From Azolla caroliniana (lineage: Eukaryota; Plantae; Polypodiophyta): a stretch of 64,000 bases of DNA. The DNA lies in assembly GCA_043228905.1 (NCBI GenBank), contig JBHGNT010000008.1, positions 10,354,001 through 10,418,000 on the forward strand. The letters are read 5' to 3'. Under the pieces are notes generated by a model, which was not told where the DNA came from, searched no databases, and saw only the letters and a list, made by a program, of their open reading frames with translations. Made by a program: the position numbers and the translations under genes. Each line of letters begins with the position of its first letter. The first letter of the stretch is position 1. Positions 23,601 through 35,750 of the stretch are shown here, piece by piece.

Positions 23601-26029
23601 CTGGACGTCGTCGCGGGGCATGACATGTACAGTTTTTTAGATGGCTTCAGTGGGTACAACCAAGTACGCATGCACCCCGACGACCAAGAGAAGACGACGT
23701 TTGTCACGGACTGGGGAGTCTATGTTACAGTCGTCATGATGTTCGGGCTAAAGACGGAGCCGGCGACATTTCAACAGACAATCATGGAGATTCTTGGGGA
23801 ATATATTCCGGCCTTCATGTAAGTTATTTTAGACGATTTTGCGGTATATGGGAGAACAACCGACCATTTTATGCATCTGCAACTGTGCCTGGAACGTTGC
23901 CGCACCGCACGCTTAAGCCTGAATCCACCAAATGTGCCTTCGGCGTTACCAGTGGGGCTCTCCTCGGCCATATAGTTAGCAAGGAAGGGATAGTGGTCGA
24001 TCCGAATAAAATCTCCGCAATTACCCAAGCGAAAACTCCGACAAACGCGAAATCACTCAGCCGTTTTTTAAGACAAATACGATGGCACAGCCGGATGATA
24101 CGCTATTTGGCGGACTTCACCACGCCGTTACATGCCGTCGTTCATCGGACTCCCTTCCAATGGACAGCTACGGAAGAAAAGGCATATGAGGCGCTCAAGG
24201 TAATGCTAATGCAGGCACCCGTCGTACAACCACCAGTTTGGGCGAAGCCATTCCACGTGTTCGTAGATGCCTCAGACATAGCAATAGGTAGTGCACTAAT
24301 GCAGCTCACGGAGCCAAATTGGTACCGGCCGGTGTACTACGCTAGTCGGAAATTATCAACGGCTGAGCGTAACTATTCCACAACGGAACATGAGGCGTTG
24401 GGGATGATCTACAACATCAATAAGTTTTGGCATTATCTGCTAGGGCAGAAATTCACATTTCACGTGGATCATTCGGCACTGCTATATCTGGTGGAGAAAC
24501 AAGCGCTGACGGGGAAATTAGCGAGATGGATGCTGTTGCTTCAAGAATTTGACTTTGTAATTCAGCATCGCCCGGGTACGCAACACATAGTGGCAAATTT
24601 TTTGAGCAAACTCCATCATGGAGAAACGGCGCAGAGGGATGAAGACGACTTTCCGGATGCAAACATTCTGCGGGTAGCAACGCTAGCAGAACGAACAGAA
24701 AAGACCTTCCCGGATCAGTGGCTCATGGAAATGACCTACTTCCTGACCATAGGGTTACCGCCACCCCAATTACAGAATGATGAGAAAAAATGGTTGGCCG
24801 TCCAGAGTCAAAATTTCTGTTTAGTGGAAAACATACTATACCACAAGGGCAGTGACGGCATCTGGAGGTGCGGAATACGGCAGGATGAGAAGGTCGCGGT
24901 TCTACGCGAAGCCCATTGTGGTATGGCGGGAGGACATTACGTGGGCGATGTTACGGCCTGGAAAATTTGGCAACCAGGACTTTGGTGGCCGACGACGCAA
25001 AAGGACGCGTATGAATATTGCAGATAGTGCGATTTATGCCAATGATTGGGCCAGCCCACAGAAGTCGCACAAATGCCACATCAACCAATGTTGCCACTAG
25101 ATCCTTTCCAAAAGTGGGTGTTAGATTTCGTGGGACCTTTTACCCCGGAGGCCGCTCGAACAAGCAATAAGTACATCTTGGTGGCTACGGATTACTGCAC
25201 CAAGTGGGTAGAAGCGAAACCACTACGCGAGAATACCGCAGCAGTCACGACGAAATTCCAGTATGAACACATCTGGTGTCGTTTTGGCTGCCCTATCAAG
25301 ATCATTAGTGACCAAGGGAGTCACTTTCTGAACACGGTCATCAGCGAATTGACCCAACATTACGCGGTGGTGCACAAGAAAAGTACATTGTATTACCCGC
25401 AAACAAACGGCTTGGCGGAATCCACGAACAAAACCCTCCAAACTATCCTCAAAAAGATAATCAATGAGAACAAGACGGATTGGGACACCAAGTTGCATAG
25501 CGCGTTATGGGCATACCGTACCAGCTATAAGAGCAGTATACAATCAACACCGTTCAGGCTGGCATTTGGTCTGGAGGTCGTGATGCTAGTTGAATTCCAG
25601 GTACCCAGTCTACGGATTCAAATACGAGCCCGGTTAACAAAGGACAAATCCGCACAAATACGGCCACAGAGACTGCTAGAGCTAGGAGAAACAAGGGTAC
25701 ACAGTATGGCCATATTAGAGCAGGAACGGCGGCGGCACAAAGCATTCGTTGACTGACACCGGCATGCGCGTCAAAAAGATTTTACGGTTGGAAAAGCGGT
25801 ATTAGTTTTCCAAACACGCATGGGGCATATGCCAGGAAAATTACGATTCTGCTGGACAGGCCCGTACTAGATAGTAGGAGCAGAACAAGACACGTTTCAA
25901 CTGTGCACGTTGGCCGGGGAAGTGTTACAACAGAAAGTGAATGGGTTTTGCCTTAAACCTTATCTGGGACCTACGCCACCTAACCCGTTCCCCGCCGGAC
26001 AGGACAAAGCCGGAGAATCCGCGGAGTAA
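20676..26029 (+). pseudogene. Element C gag-pol (gag, PR, RT, RNase H, integrase), many stops
   Basis: ORF pieces 20996-21544, 22275-23231, 23532-25027 and 25046-25756; motifs 'LDGFSGYNQVR', 'FHVFVDASD', 'LDFVGPF', 'WTGPY'. Confidence 0.94.
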
Positions 26030-26170
26030 GTAGATGGCCCCACTTGTATTATAGTGTAAAAATAGTATTGTATGTAACAGTTACAAAAAAAGAGAGAGAG
26101 AAGATAGCGACGCTATTAAAAGGACTTAAGGCATGCACAGACTTCTAGACCAAGAACACGCGGCACCACG

Positions 26171-29098
26171 ATGGCTCACCGACCAATGAACCCTAGGCCA
26201 CAAAAAGAAGGAAATAGAAGGTTTTCTGCACAATACAGGAATCAACCTTCTAACTCTCAGCACTCTCATCACTCCCCTTCCTCACCCTCTTCTCCATCCT
26301 ATCACAGATCTCAAGCCCGCCACAACCAACAGTCTTCACCCACTAGCCACGAGCCTGTTCCGACTATGCCAATATTCATCTCTACCGCCTTGCGTCGATG
26401 GCTCGTGGAGAAACGCTTGGATGGGTACATCAGGGTCGTTGAGGCACCTCCACACCCTGATGCACTGGACATCGCTAGAAAGCCCAACATCGACATGGTC
26501 ACCAACTCATCCATCCGAAAAAAGTTGGATCTGTCATCACTAGGTGAAAGGCATTTCGAAATCCCTCCTGCGGAGTCCCTACTGAGATATTTCGGTCCAT
26601 ATTCGTCATCCGCCAAGGCGTATAGAACGAAGGAGATCTCGGATCCCTTTTTCCACGAAATCGCCAAGTTCCTATTGGAGGTCGGATGCATACATGTAAA
26701 CGCATATGGGATGCCCAAGCAGAAGGCAGGTATCATCATTGATACCTTTGAAGGGCATACGGTTTATTGGGGGGTCATTATGGGGCCAGCGTTAAGGGAA
26801 GGCTTGCACGCATATCGAGGCAAAAAGCTCAGGCCTATCATACAACAGTACCTGACGATACTATTCCCACCCCGAGGTCTGTCGGCACCATAGCCCAGCA
26901 AGCCCACGTTGCCGCCTCGATCCACGAAGCGAAGGTTAGCGGAGTTAGCCACCACATAGTGGGAGGATGAACCCCAACCTGCCCAACCGAACACGTGAAC
27001 AACGCAGGAAGAGCAGTCTGCGCGCACCAAGGAAGCGGCACCGGAGCTGGAAGCCGAACCACGACAGAAAAGCCCGAGGCCAAAAAGGCAGAGACTGGAC
27101 AGGAAAGATGGGCGAGGGTTAGTTAAAGACACACTCGCAACCACGGAGACAACAACCGTGGGCGACGGCTCCATAGCTACGGAGCCCAACACCACCTTTG
27201 AAGTAATCCGAGAACCACGACCGATCATTACGGCCCAGTCACAGTGGGGGAAAGTCGTATTGACGGCGAAAAGTGAGGTCTTGGCGTATCCGGACATTCC
27301 GGACATGGCCCATGAGTTCAGTGCACTATTACAGTTTGGAACCACTTTTGAACTCATGGAATTCTTGGCAATGCAATAGATAAAAGTCTCACAACGAATG
27401 GTCGGGGAGCACGCGGAGCGCCAAATGATCGAGCGCGCGTTAACACAAACGGCGGAAAGCGACGATGAGGATTAGTTAGCCAGAGTCGGCAGGTAGAGCA
27501 ACGCTAGTATACGCCGAATGGGGATGGAACTACCCCCATTAAACACGGCCCTTGTCAAAGTTCATAGGGAACTGGCAAAGGTCAGTATGGGCGCCAAGGA
27601 TATGGCGATTAAAAATAAAAATATTTGGAAAAAGGTTAAACTGACCCAAGCTGAGCTACAAAAGGCCAATGAACGCATCACGGAGTTGGAAAATAACGTG
27701 ACTACGGTGCAACAAGCAGCTCCACCAACAACCAACGCCGTCGAAGCCCTAAGGGAAGAGATTGAAGCTCAAACCGCCATTGCCTCAAAAGCAAAACGGG
27801 TCGTGCAACTAGCGGAATCAGAGATTGACCGTCTTCGCGCCGAACTTCGCCAGTCCTCGGACAAAGAAAAGGACATCCGGACCAACGGCCGAAAGGCAGT
27901 GAAGATCCTTGAAGAGAAACTCGCAGCGGAGACAGCACAACACACCCGGACGAAAGAAGAAAATGCCCAATTACGAGAGGACGCAAAAAAATCGGAACCG
28001 GCAATCGCGGGACTCCGGGCCTTATTGGAGAAGAAGAAAGCATGGTTCGACGAGTAGCTGGTGGGAGAACAGGAGAGAAGGCATCAACTCGAAATCCGCC
28101 TGAACAATGAAATGGGAAAACTGGAAGAACTACATGCGAAGGAATCCCAGCTTTGGGCAGGAATGAGGAGCACGTATGAGGAAGCGGCGGCGGTTAATCA
28201 GCAAGAACTTGCAAACCTCAAGAAATCTATAGAAGAAGCACGGAACCGTTGCCAAGCCATAATAGACAACGTGCGCATCCTTTTGCAAACGAATCGGGAG
28301 AGGTTTACGGCGCAATTAAAATCGGCGCTAGACAAAGGATGGATGGCATGGGCTGCACAAGCGGCGGAATTGCATACGTATCGAGCGGACTGGGAGAACT
28401 GAAGGAAAGACGGCCAAGGGTTCTACAAACTCAATGAGGAAAGCATTGCGGTAGTACGCGAGGACCTAGCGCAGGACTATCGCACGCTAGCGGACCAACA
28501 TTCCGAGGAACTCGCGTAGCTACTAGATGATTTTGGCGAAAGTCAGGAGGACCTGTTTCACCAGATCACGCAAGCCAGTAGCACACGAACAAACGAGGAA
28601 TCCATCGCAACACCAATTCCGGATACTGCCGAACAAGAGGAACCTCGGGCCATGTCACCAGAAATTACCACTACGGTGAATAGCACGGAACGGCGAGCGG
28701 AGTCCCCCGCAATACCAGACAGCGAAACCACCAACCAAGAGGAACCCCACCCACCAGAGCATACGCTTACGGCCAACATCACGGAGGACGTTCTGGACCA
28801 AGAGGAACCGCAACCCCACTCCCCAGAGCGTACAACGACGGCCGACATCACGAAGGAAGTGACGGACGAAACAGAACTGCGACCTACCGCAAGCCCACGG
28901 ATGGCTGAACCAACCCCTATAGCCCAAGAAGAGCCAACAGAACCCGGACCGCCCACACAGGACGACCGCGACACCATGGGAAGCCCTCCTGACCAAGCAG
29001 GGGAACCACACAACGACACGCCTATGGGCCCTACGCCGTCCCCGGACACGGACACTGTAGCAGAAGCAAACATCAGGGCCATTTTGGAGGAAGATTAA
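26171..29098 (+). pseudogene. Extra 3' ORF of C (same architecture as in B)
   Basis: 'YFGPYSSSAKAYRT' versus B 'YFGEYSISSKAYRT'; coiled coil 27518-28402; ends 'AILEED*'. Confidence 0.85.
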
Positions 29099-29127
29099 AG
29101 GGGTGGGTCCGACGCGCCATGGCACTA

Positions 29128-29143
29128 TCCCACAGGCGTGCCA
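29128..29143 (+). promoter_or_regulatory. tRNA-Arg 3'-end-like 16-mer (inverted PBS) at the PPT position of C
   Basis: TCCCACAGGCGTGCCA-GG-[LTR TGTTG]. Confidence 0.8.
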
Positions 29144-29145
29144 GG

Positions 29146-29599
29146 TGTTGTCCGCCGGAATAGTAACTGACGGACAAGAGTAGAGTAATATTGTAACACA
29201 TGCAAATAGTTCACGCGGGAAGCGTGAACGTTTAAAAGACCCTGCATATATAAAGGGTAGAAAACCTCTAATAGAGGTAGCGTGTAATTTTGAATGTAAA
29301 AGGCGTATCTTAATAGAGTTCTATCTTCTCTGATATCTGTGCGTATCTGTGGTTAATCTACTGTGTGTATGTAATCCTTGGTGGCGTAGCCCAGTCGTAA
29401 GAGCGTAGGCGTGAGTAACAATGTGTGCACTAGCCCACTGTCTAAGGAGCTCGGTTGTAGTTGTCTCCCTTATACGCTGCTAGGTTACGGGAGGTATCCC
29501 ACTAAGTATTACGCACAGACGTTACCATTCGTTGGCACACAATCACTTTGAGGTCTAGATCGAAGGACTGACCATAGACTGTGTTCCTAATCGGTAACA
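29146..29599 (+). repeat. 3' LTR of element C
   Basis: Repeat of 20169-20620, followed by the TSD. Confidence 0.95.
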
Positions 29600-30245
29600 A
29601 TAATGGGTACAAGGGATGTACCTTTGACCCTCGAGCAAGTAAAAGGTTCCCTCTGTGGAGTGTCCACCCTCTTGAAGAGAAGTCGGCACAGATGCCATCT
29701 TCATGAGTTGCCCCACTGAGATTAACGGCCTTGTCAGTTTTGGGACATGTCAAACGTTGTGAAGTATCAAGGTAGAGCCACCCAATATCTTGAGTTCTAC
29801 TGTGTCAATTCCGACTATGGGACAATGCTGAGAGTTTCTGACTTAGACTGAATCAGAATGCCGAGTCGAGTACTACTGAATTGTGACAGGTGAGGGGTCA
29901 CATGACATAATGCACCCGAATCGAGAAGCTAGATTGTGGCTTCTTCAATCGTGTACAGAACTTCTTACAACCGAATTCTCAATCACCAAAATGTTCTCGG
30001 GTCATCCGACAAAATTGCAACTTTGGAGCTAACAAAGTTTACCTCCTCTTCCAGGCTGCCCTTTTGCTTTGACCTCTAAGCTTTTACGTTCTTGGCTTTT
30101 AGGGCATGCCATTCGGCTTGGATATGTTTAGGCTTCTTGCAGTAATTGCATGTTCGGGTATCCTTGGACTTGCTTCGGCCTTTCACATTGATTGGTTGTT
30201 AGGAAGAACTTCTTCCTCAACTGTTCAGTCAGTTGGCCGACCATG

Positions 30246-31142
30246 AAAGGAGTTGTTTCGTGGTAGTCCAGGCTGCAGAAGACAGTTGCGTTGTCAACCA
30301 CGGAGGCAGAGTACATGGCAATTGTGGAAGCCGGCAAGGAGATAATCTAGATGAAGGACTTCATCGGAGAGTTAAGGATCCAATAGGAGGAATAGCGGTT
30401 CTACTGCGACAGTCAAAGTCCCATCCACCTTGCAAAGAATGCGGCCTACCATTCCCGGAAGAAACATATCCAGCGGAGGTACCACTGGATCCGGGAGAGA
30501 GTAGAAGATCAAGCGTTCATGCTGACGAAGATCTACATGGTGGAGAACGGGTCGGATATGCTGACCAAGGTGTTGACAACCGACAAGCTGGACACGTGCC
30601 GAAAGCGGATCAGGCTGACGAGACATCCCATGCCGGAGTGAAGAGGGAGAATGTTGGGAAATCGATCCCTCCGGATGGGATCCGGTTATGAATGAAGAGG
30701 ACCTGGTGAGAATCGGAAGAGAAGACATATTTGTAAGTATGTCTTTTGAGTAAGCCTATTGAGGCTATATTTGTAAATAGCCCTAACTTCATATAAGTAT
30801 AAATATGAGTTAGGGCAATAACTTTGTATGTGTAGAGAGGGTTATCATATTGTTGTAGAGATAACTGTTGTATAGAGAGAGAGAGAGAGAGAGAGAGCAA
30901 GATAGTAGCTACAAGTACTTTCTGTTGTAACTGTCGTCTGGCGAAGATCGCGAGCACGAGGTCGTTGCCTCTCTGTCTCCACTTTGTATTTCCTCTCATA
31001 TAGTGATAGTTGGAGTCTGTGGGCTCCCGTGGTTTTTCCCTATTAGGGTTTTCCACGTAAATATTCTGTGTACTCTCTACTTCCCATTTCTTTGATCGAA
31101 GAGTCGGTTGTGGCCGAGCAATATTCCGCGCTATTCTTCTCA
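30246..31142 (+). mobile_element. Element G: 3' fragment of Ty1/Copia (RNase H, PPT, 3' LTR 30652-31142), H family
   Basis: 'LQKTVALSTTEAEYMA'; very similar to 53990-54760; PPT AGAGGGAGAA before TGTTGGGAAATCG. Confidence 0.88.
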
Positions 31143-31149
31143 ATACATT

Positions 31150-32035
31150 TGTACATGAATGTTTGAATGTTATGTTTAGTATGTATGTGCACATAATGTA
31201 TGCATGTATGAATGAATGAATATATGAATGTACATATGTGTATATATGTAATATGTAATGTATATATATTTGTATGTGTATGCATATATGTGTGTGTGGA
31301 TGTTTTTGATGTAATATGTATGTATGTGTATGTAAAATATATATATGAGGGGTATGAATGTTTGAGTTAAATTATAAAAGTGATAAGTGAAAACATTCTA
31401 AAGAAAAAATAAAAAATATGTGGGAGAGGGGTATGAGTGAGAATAGGAAAAATTGGGTAAGGGGTTGGGCTGAAAATAAGAGAAAATAAGGGGGGTAGGG
31501 CTAGAAATAGGAGAAAGTAGGGGAGGGGTAGGGTTTAGAATATAAAGATTTTTACAAGGGGTGAGTACATAAACCGGTGACAAATATAACACCGTGCTAT
31601 GCGATAGAGTGTAGGGTTGGAGATACAACATGAATAAAAATGAAATACAAAATCCTGACTACCATGTGTAATCCCAGGCATATGAACTACAAGAGAGATA
31701 AAGAGATATAAAAGGGAATGTATCGCTACTAAACGTAGTCTCATGCTTACGAACAATATATGTATATTATACATACACATACATACATGTTACAAACAAA
31801 CATCCACACACACATATATGCATACACATACAAATATACATACATTACATATTATATATATACACATATATACATTCATATACATATTCATTCATTCCTG
31901 TTTATTCATGCAAGCATACATATTTTATGCATACATTACATATATATATTCATTCATACATGCATGCATACATTACGTGCATATACATACGTAGCATACA
32001 TACATTCATACTAAACATAAGATTAAAACATTCAA
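31150..32035. repeat. Imperfect long inverted repeat of TACA/TATG-rich sequence (arms ~31150-31347 and ~31757-32035)
   Basis: For example GTGTGTGGATGTTT versus AAACATCCACACAC, and TTATGTTTAGTATG versus CATACTAAACATAA. Confidence 0.75.
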
Positions 32036-32433
32036 GTTTTATTTAATTTGATTTTTGCCTCCTCCTTTGCTCTACCTCCTCTTCCTTGCTCATTACCGTT
32101 GTCGCCTCTTCTCCCTTTGTTGGTTTTGTCCTCGTTTTGCCGCCTTTGGTCTCATTTTGCCGCCTCTATTCTTGTTTTGTTGTCGCCACCGCCACTCACC
32201 TTGTCGTGCCGCTTTTGCTCACCATTATTCTTTGTGGGGGCTGCCACAACTACTCTACAAATATTTTACAGGTACACATAAGTACAAACATCATACATAC
32301 ATAATGCACACATACATAAACCAACACATAAATTCTTTGATCTACACACACTCACATAACATATATAATCATACACACATGCCATACATACAATATATAC
32401 AATAAACGAAATTAATGCAACACAATACAATAT

Positions 32434-33681
32434 TGTGAAATGCACATAAGAGATCAAAACCAATCCAACTAGCTTCATACTTATCATTCAATATATAGAA
32501 GATACAAAGAACCCATTTTGGGACGGCCTAGCTACACGTGTCCCAAAATGGTGTGCTAAAAGGGTGGGCTAAAATGGGTGATGTGCTAAACGGCAGTGGC
32601 TAAAAGAGTGGTGTGTTCAAATGCATGCTCTTGCATGAAAGGGACACCACATTTCCCCCCTCAGAAAAACAAGAGATTGAGGGGCATGAGTGACCATGTG
32701 TGGTCCTTGCCAGGAACTGGAATGGTCCTCGCTGAGAGTTGGAACACGAACACCAACGAGCGTGAGCAACCATGTTGTCCTCACCGAGAATTGGAACACG
32801 AACGAGTGAGTGACCATGTGGCCCTCACCGGGAACTCGAACATGAACAACAACGGGCATGAGCAACCATGTTGATCCTCACCGGGATCTGGAACACGAAC
32901 AATAGTTGGAGTGAGTGGCCATGTGCGGTCATCACCGGAGACTGGAACACAAACGGGAGTGAGCGACCATGCGGCCCTCACTGGGAACAGGAACACAAAC
33001 GGGAGTGAGCGACCATGCGGCCCTCACTAGGAACAGGAACACAAACGGGAGTGAGCGGCCATGTGTGGCCCTCATCGAGAACTCGAACACGAACGAGCGT
33101 GAGCGACCATGCGGCCCTCACTAGGAACTAGAACACGAACACCAACGGGAGTGAGCAGCCATGTGTGGCCCTCATCGGGAACTCGAACACGAACGAGCGT
33201 GAGCGACCATGCGGCCCTCACCGGGAACTCGAACACGAACACGAACACGAAAGAAACTAAAAAATAGAGACCATGAAGCGATGTTGATGATGAAGCGGTG
33301 GATATCGGGAGGCCTAACTAGTGAAGGTGGTGCTAATAGAAGAGATACTACTACAAGAGACTAACAAGAGTGTCGGTGATGGTGGTGAGGGTGATGCTAC
33401 CTACGAAGTGGAAGAGGCGGATGCTTGGATGTGGGGGACTGGTACCCCGCTTCTCCACCAATATGTGAAATGCACATAAGAGATCAAAACCAGTCCAGCT
33501 AGCTTCATACTTATCATTCAATATATAGAAGATACAAAGAACCCATTTTGGGACGGCCTAGCTACACGTGTCCCAAAATGGTGTGCTAAAAGGGTGGGCT
33601 AAAATGGGTGATGTGCTAAACGGGAGTGGCTAAAAGAGTGGTGTGTTCAAATGCATGCTCTTGCATGAAAGGGACACCACA
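32434..33681 (-). mobile_element. Non-autonomous TRIM-like LTR element, tRNA-Ala-primed, with internal tandem array
   Basis: 218-bp TG...CA direct repeats 32434-32651 and 33464-33681. PBS TGGTGGAGAAGCGGGGTA (33443-33460, minus). PPT GAGGGGGGAAA (32652-32662, minus). Flanks ATAT/ATAT. Confidence 0.88.
32686..33250. repeat. Tandem array of ~45-55-bp units (GAGTGAGCGACCATGCGGCCCTCACYGGGAAC...GAACACG)
   Basis: Roughly a dozen degenerate units visible. Confidence 0.85.
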
Positions 33682-34225
33682 ATATGTACATACATACACA
33701 CATACCTATATACACTCACTTACATACACATTTACACATAACACATACATACATACACATGGAATACAATACAATACAATACAATACATACATAAACACA
33801 CACACACATGTGTAGAATATACATACACACACAAACATAACACACATCACACATGCTATACATACAATAAATGCAATTAAATAAAATACAATACACGATG
33901 TACATACATACACACATACCTATATACACGTGCAATACAATTCATACAATACCTATATACACATACATACATACACACATACCTATATACACATGCAATA
34001 CATTTCATACAATACCTATATACACATACATACACACACACACACATGCATACATACACACACACAAACATAACACACAACACACATGCATACCACATAC
34101 AAACATATACGATTTATGGAACATACATACACTCACAAAAACATAATAAACAACACACATGCATACCACATACAAACATATATGATGTATGGAACATACA
34201 TACACACACACAAACATAACAAACA
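33682..34225. repeat. Low-complexity (TACA/CACA)-rich satellite-like tract
   Basis: Base composition; similar to 32270-32430. Confidence 0.8.
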
Positions 34226-34700
34226 AGGCCTATATCAAGTTTTCGTTGGAAGTTCTCAAGACTTTTAATGACACTACAAGTGGTAAGCATAATTGTACTT
34301 TAAACCTTAATATTGTAGTTATGAATAATATGCTAATATATGTGAAAACTGTTTTTTTATAGATGCAGAATTTGATTTAATAGAGGCAACACTTCATGGA
34401 TATAAAGATAAGGCAATGGTGACGGTAAAATGCAAGCTTGATGGATCTTGGTTACTATTATGAACTCCACGGAGTGATTTGTCAACAATTTTGTCTCAAC
34501 ACATACAATCCAAGATCCACCTAAAGGCAATGGAGATGGTTCGACATGCTGGTACACCAATAATGAATGAATTTCCGGGTTGTCCATGAAAACAAGAAGC
34601 TTTACCTTCAAATCAACAAACCTTGAGAAAATTTCTTGTTTCAACCTTGTGACCTTCGTCTAGTCAACAATGTGAGTTCTCTACTCCACATTATTTTGGT

Positions 34701-35291
34701 TTGTCACTATTGTGTTGGGGATATTGGCATAATAACATAATGATAAATGATGAAGAAATACATGTAAAATCATTTCTCATCAATCAAAATCATGGAGCCA
34801 TATGGTTCTCTGAGACTTACACCAAAGCTGTTGGGATGTATGAGATGCAAGAGTGTGTTATTGATGGATGTGCTCGCGATTTTGATTGTAAAAGAGTATC
34901 AAAGATTGAAGAACCCTTTCATAATCTTACATGTGAAAAATGTAATGATTTTCGTATGAGGGTGTATAGGGAACGTAGGCCTAAAGTCAAGGAAGTATCC
35001 CTTGAGAGTGTGGAACGGAAGGATGTTCGAAGATTTTGTAATAACATTCTTGAGGCTCATCGAGCTGGAAAATTTGGTGGAAAGAATGCATTATGGGATT
35101 TCTTGATAGATGTTGCACAAAACTTTACTCGAAAGCCACATGGACAATTACGATTTAAAGACACATCTAAGGAAAATTTTGTCACGATAAAAATGTGGGG
35201 TGGACCAAGATTACACGACTTTGTTTCTAAAAATTTAGATGGACCATCATTAAGCACTACAAAGAGATTTGAGAGAAAGGCAACTTCTTAG
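34701..35291 (+). pseudogene. Probable DNA-transposase remnant (Cys-rich region, then a P-element/THAP9-like helical motif)
   Basis: 'GGPRLHDFVSKNLDGPSLSTTKR' resembles the Y..LR..L.LPSxxTLxR motif of P-like transposases; no catalytic core seen. Confidence 0.45.
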
Positions 35292-35750
35292 GGTTTTCTT
35301 TTATATAGTTGGTCTTTATGAGGGTAACCTTTATTGTAAATGGAAATATAAAATAGGTTGCCATTTGTTTGATCAATTTGTTTGAGAAAAAATAATGTTA
35401 TGGCTTCATATGAGTCTATCCATGAAACCAAACATAATGTTAATTTGTTAGTAATTTCATTATTGATATGCATTTTGGATTGTTCCATGTGTGTTCTTTG
35501 AGATATATATGTCAAGTTCAAGATTGTTTTATTGTAAATTACACTGTTTTTTATCACTCTATATTCTTCATATGCCTCAATAAACTAAAAAAAAAACTTA
35601 TATGTGGCTTATATATGTTATACCTCTAGTGTTTTTGGGTAATGTTTCCTAATTGTGTGTGCATTAATTTGTACTTTACACATTGTGTTTTCAATCTATG
35701 TGGCACTTGATGAAGCATTTCTAGGAATTGCGTATGATGTTTAATGTTCA

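Larger units (their letters stand above)
20169..29599 (+). mobile_element. Element C: full-length non-chromovirus Ty3/Gypsy (Athila/Phygy-like) with extra 3' ORF
   Basis: LTRs 20169-20620 and 29146-29599. TSD ATAAT at 20164-20168 and 29600-29604. PBS TGGCACGCTTGGTG at 20625. gag-PR-RT-RH-INT order; no chromodomain seen. Confidence 0.96.
19365..30230 (-). mobile_element. Element F: old Ty1/Copia remnant (Zn knuckle, protease, GAG-pre-integrase, integrase), split by C
   Basis: 'DVCGPIPHQSLGSATYFVKFIDD', 'FWAEALLT', 'LDSGA', 'CNYCKKPKH'; reading continues across the ATAAT TSD. Confidence 0.82.

Noticed and set aside
32686-33250. CRISPR-like regular array
   Set aside because: Units are degenerate tandem repeats without unique spacers; eukaryotic context, no cas genes.
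31743-34268. His/Thr/Tyr/Ile-rich and Val/Cys/Met-rich ORFs
   Set aside because: Artefacts of TACA/TGTA low-complexity DNA.
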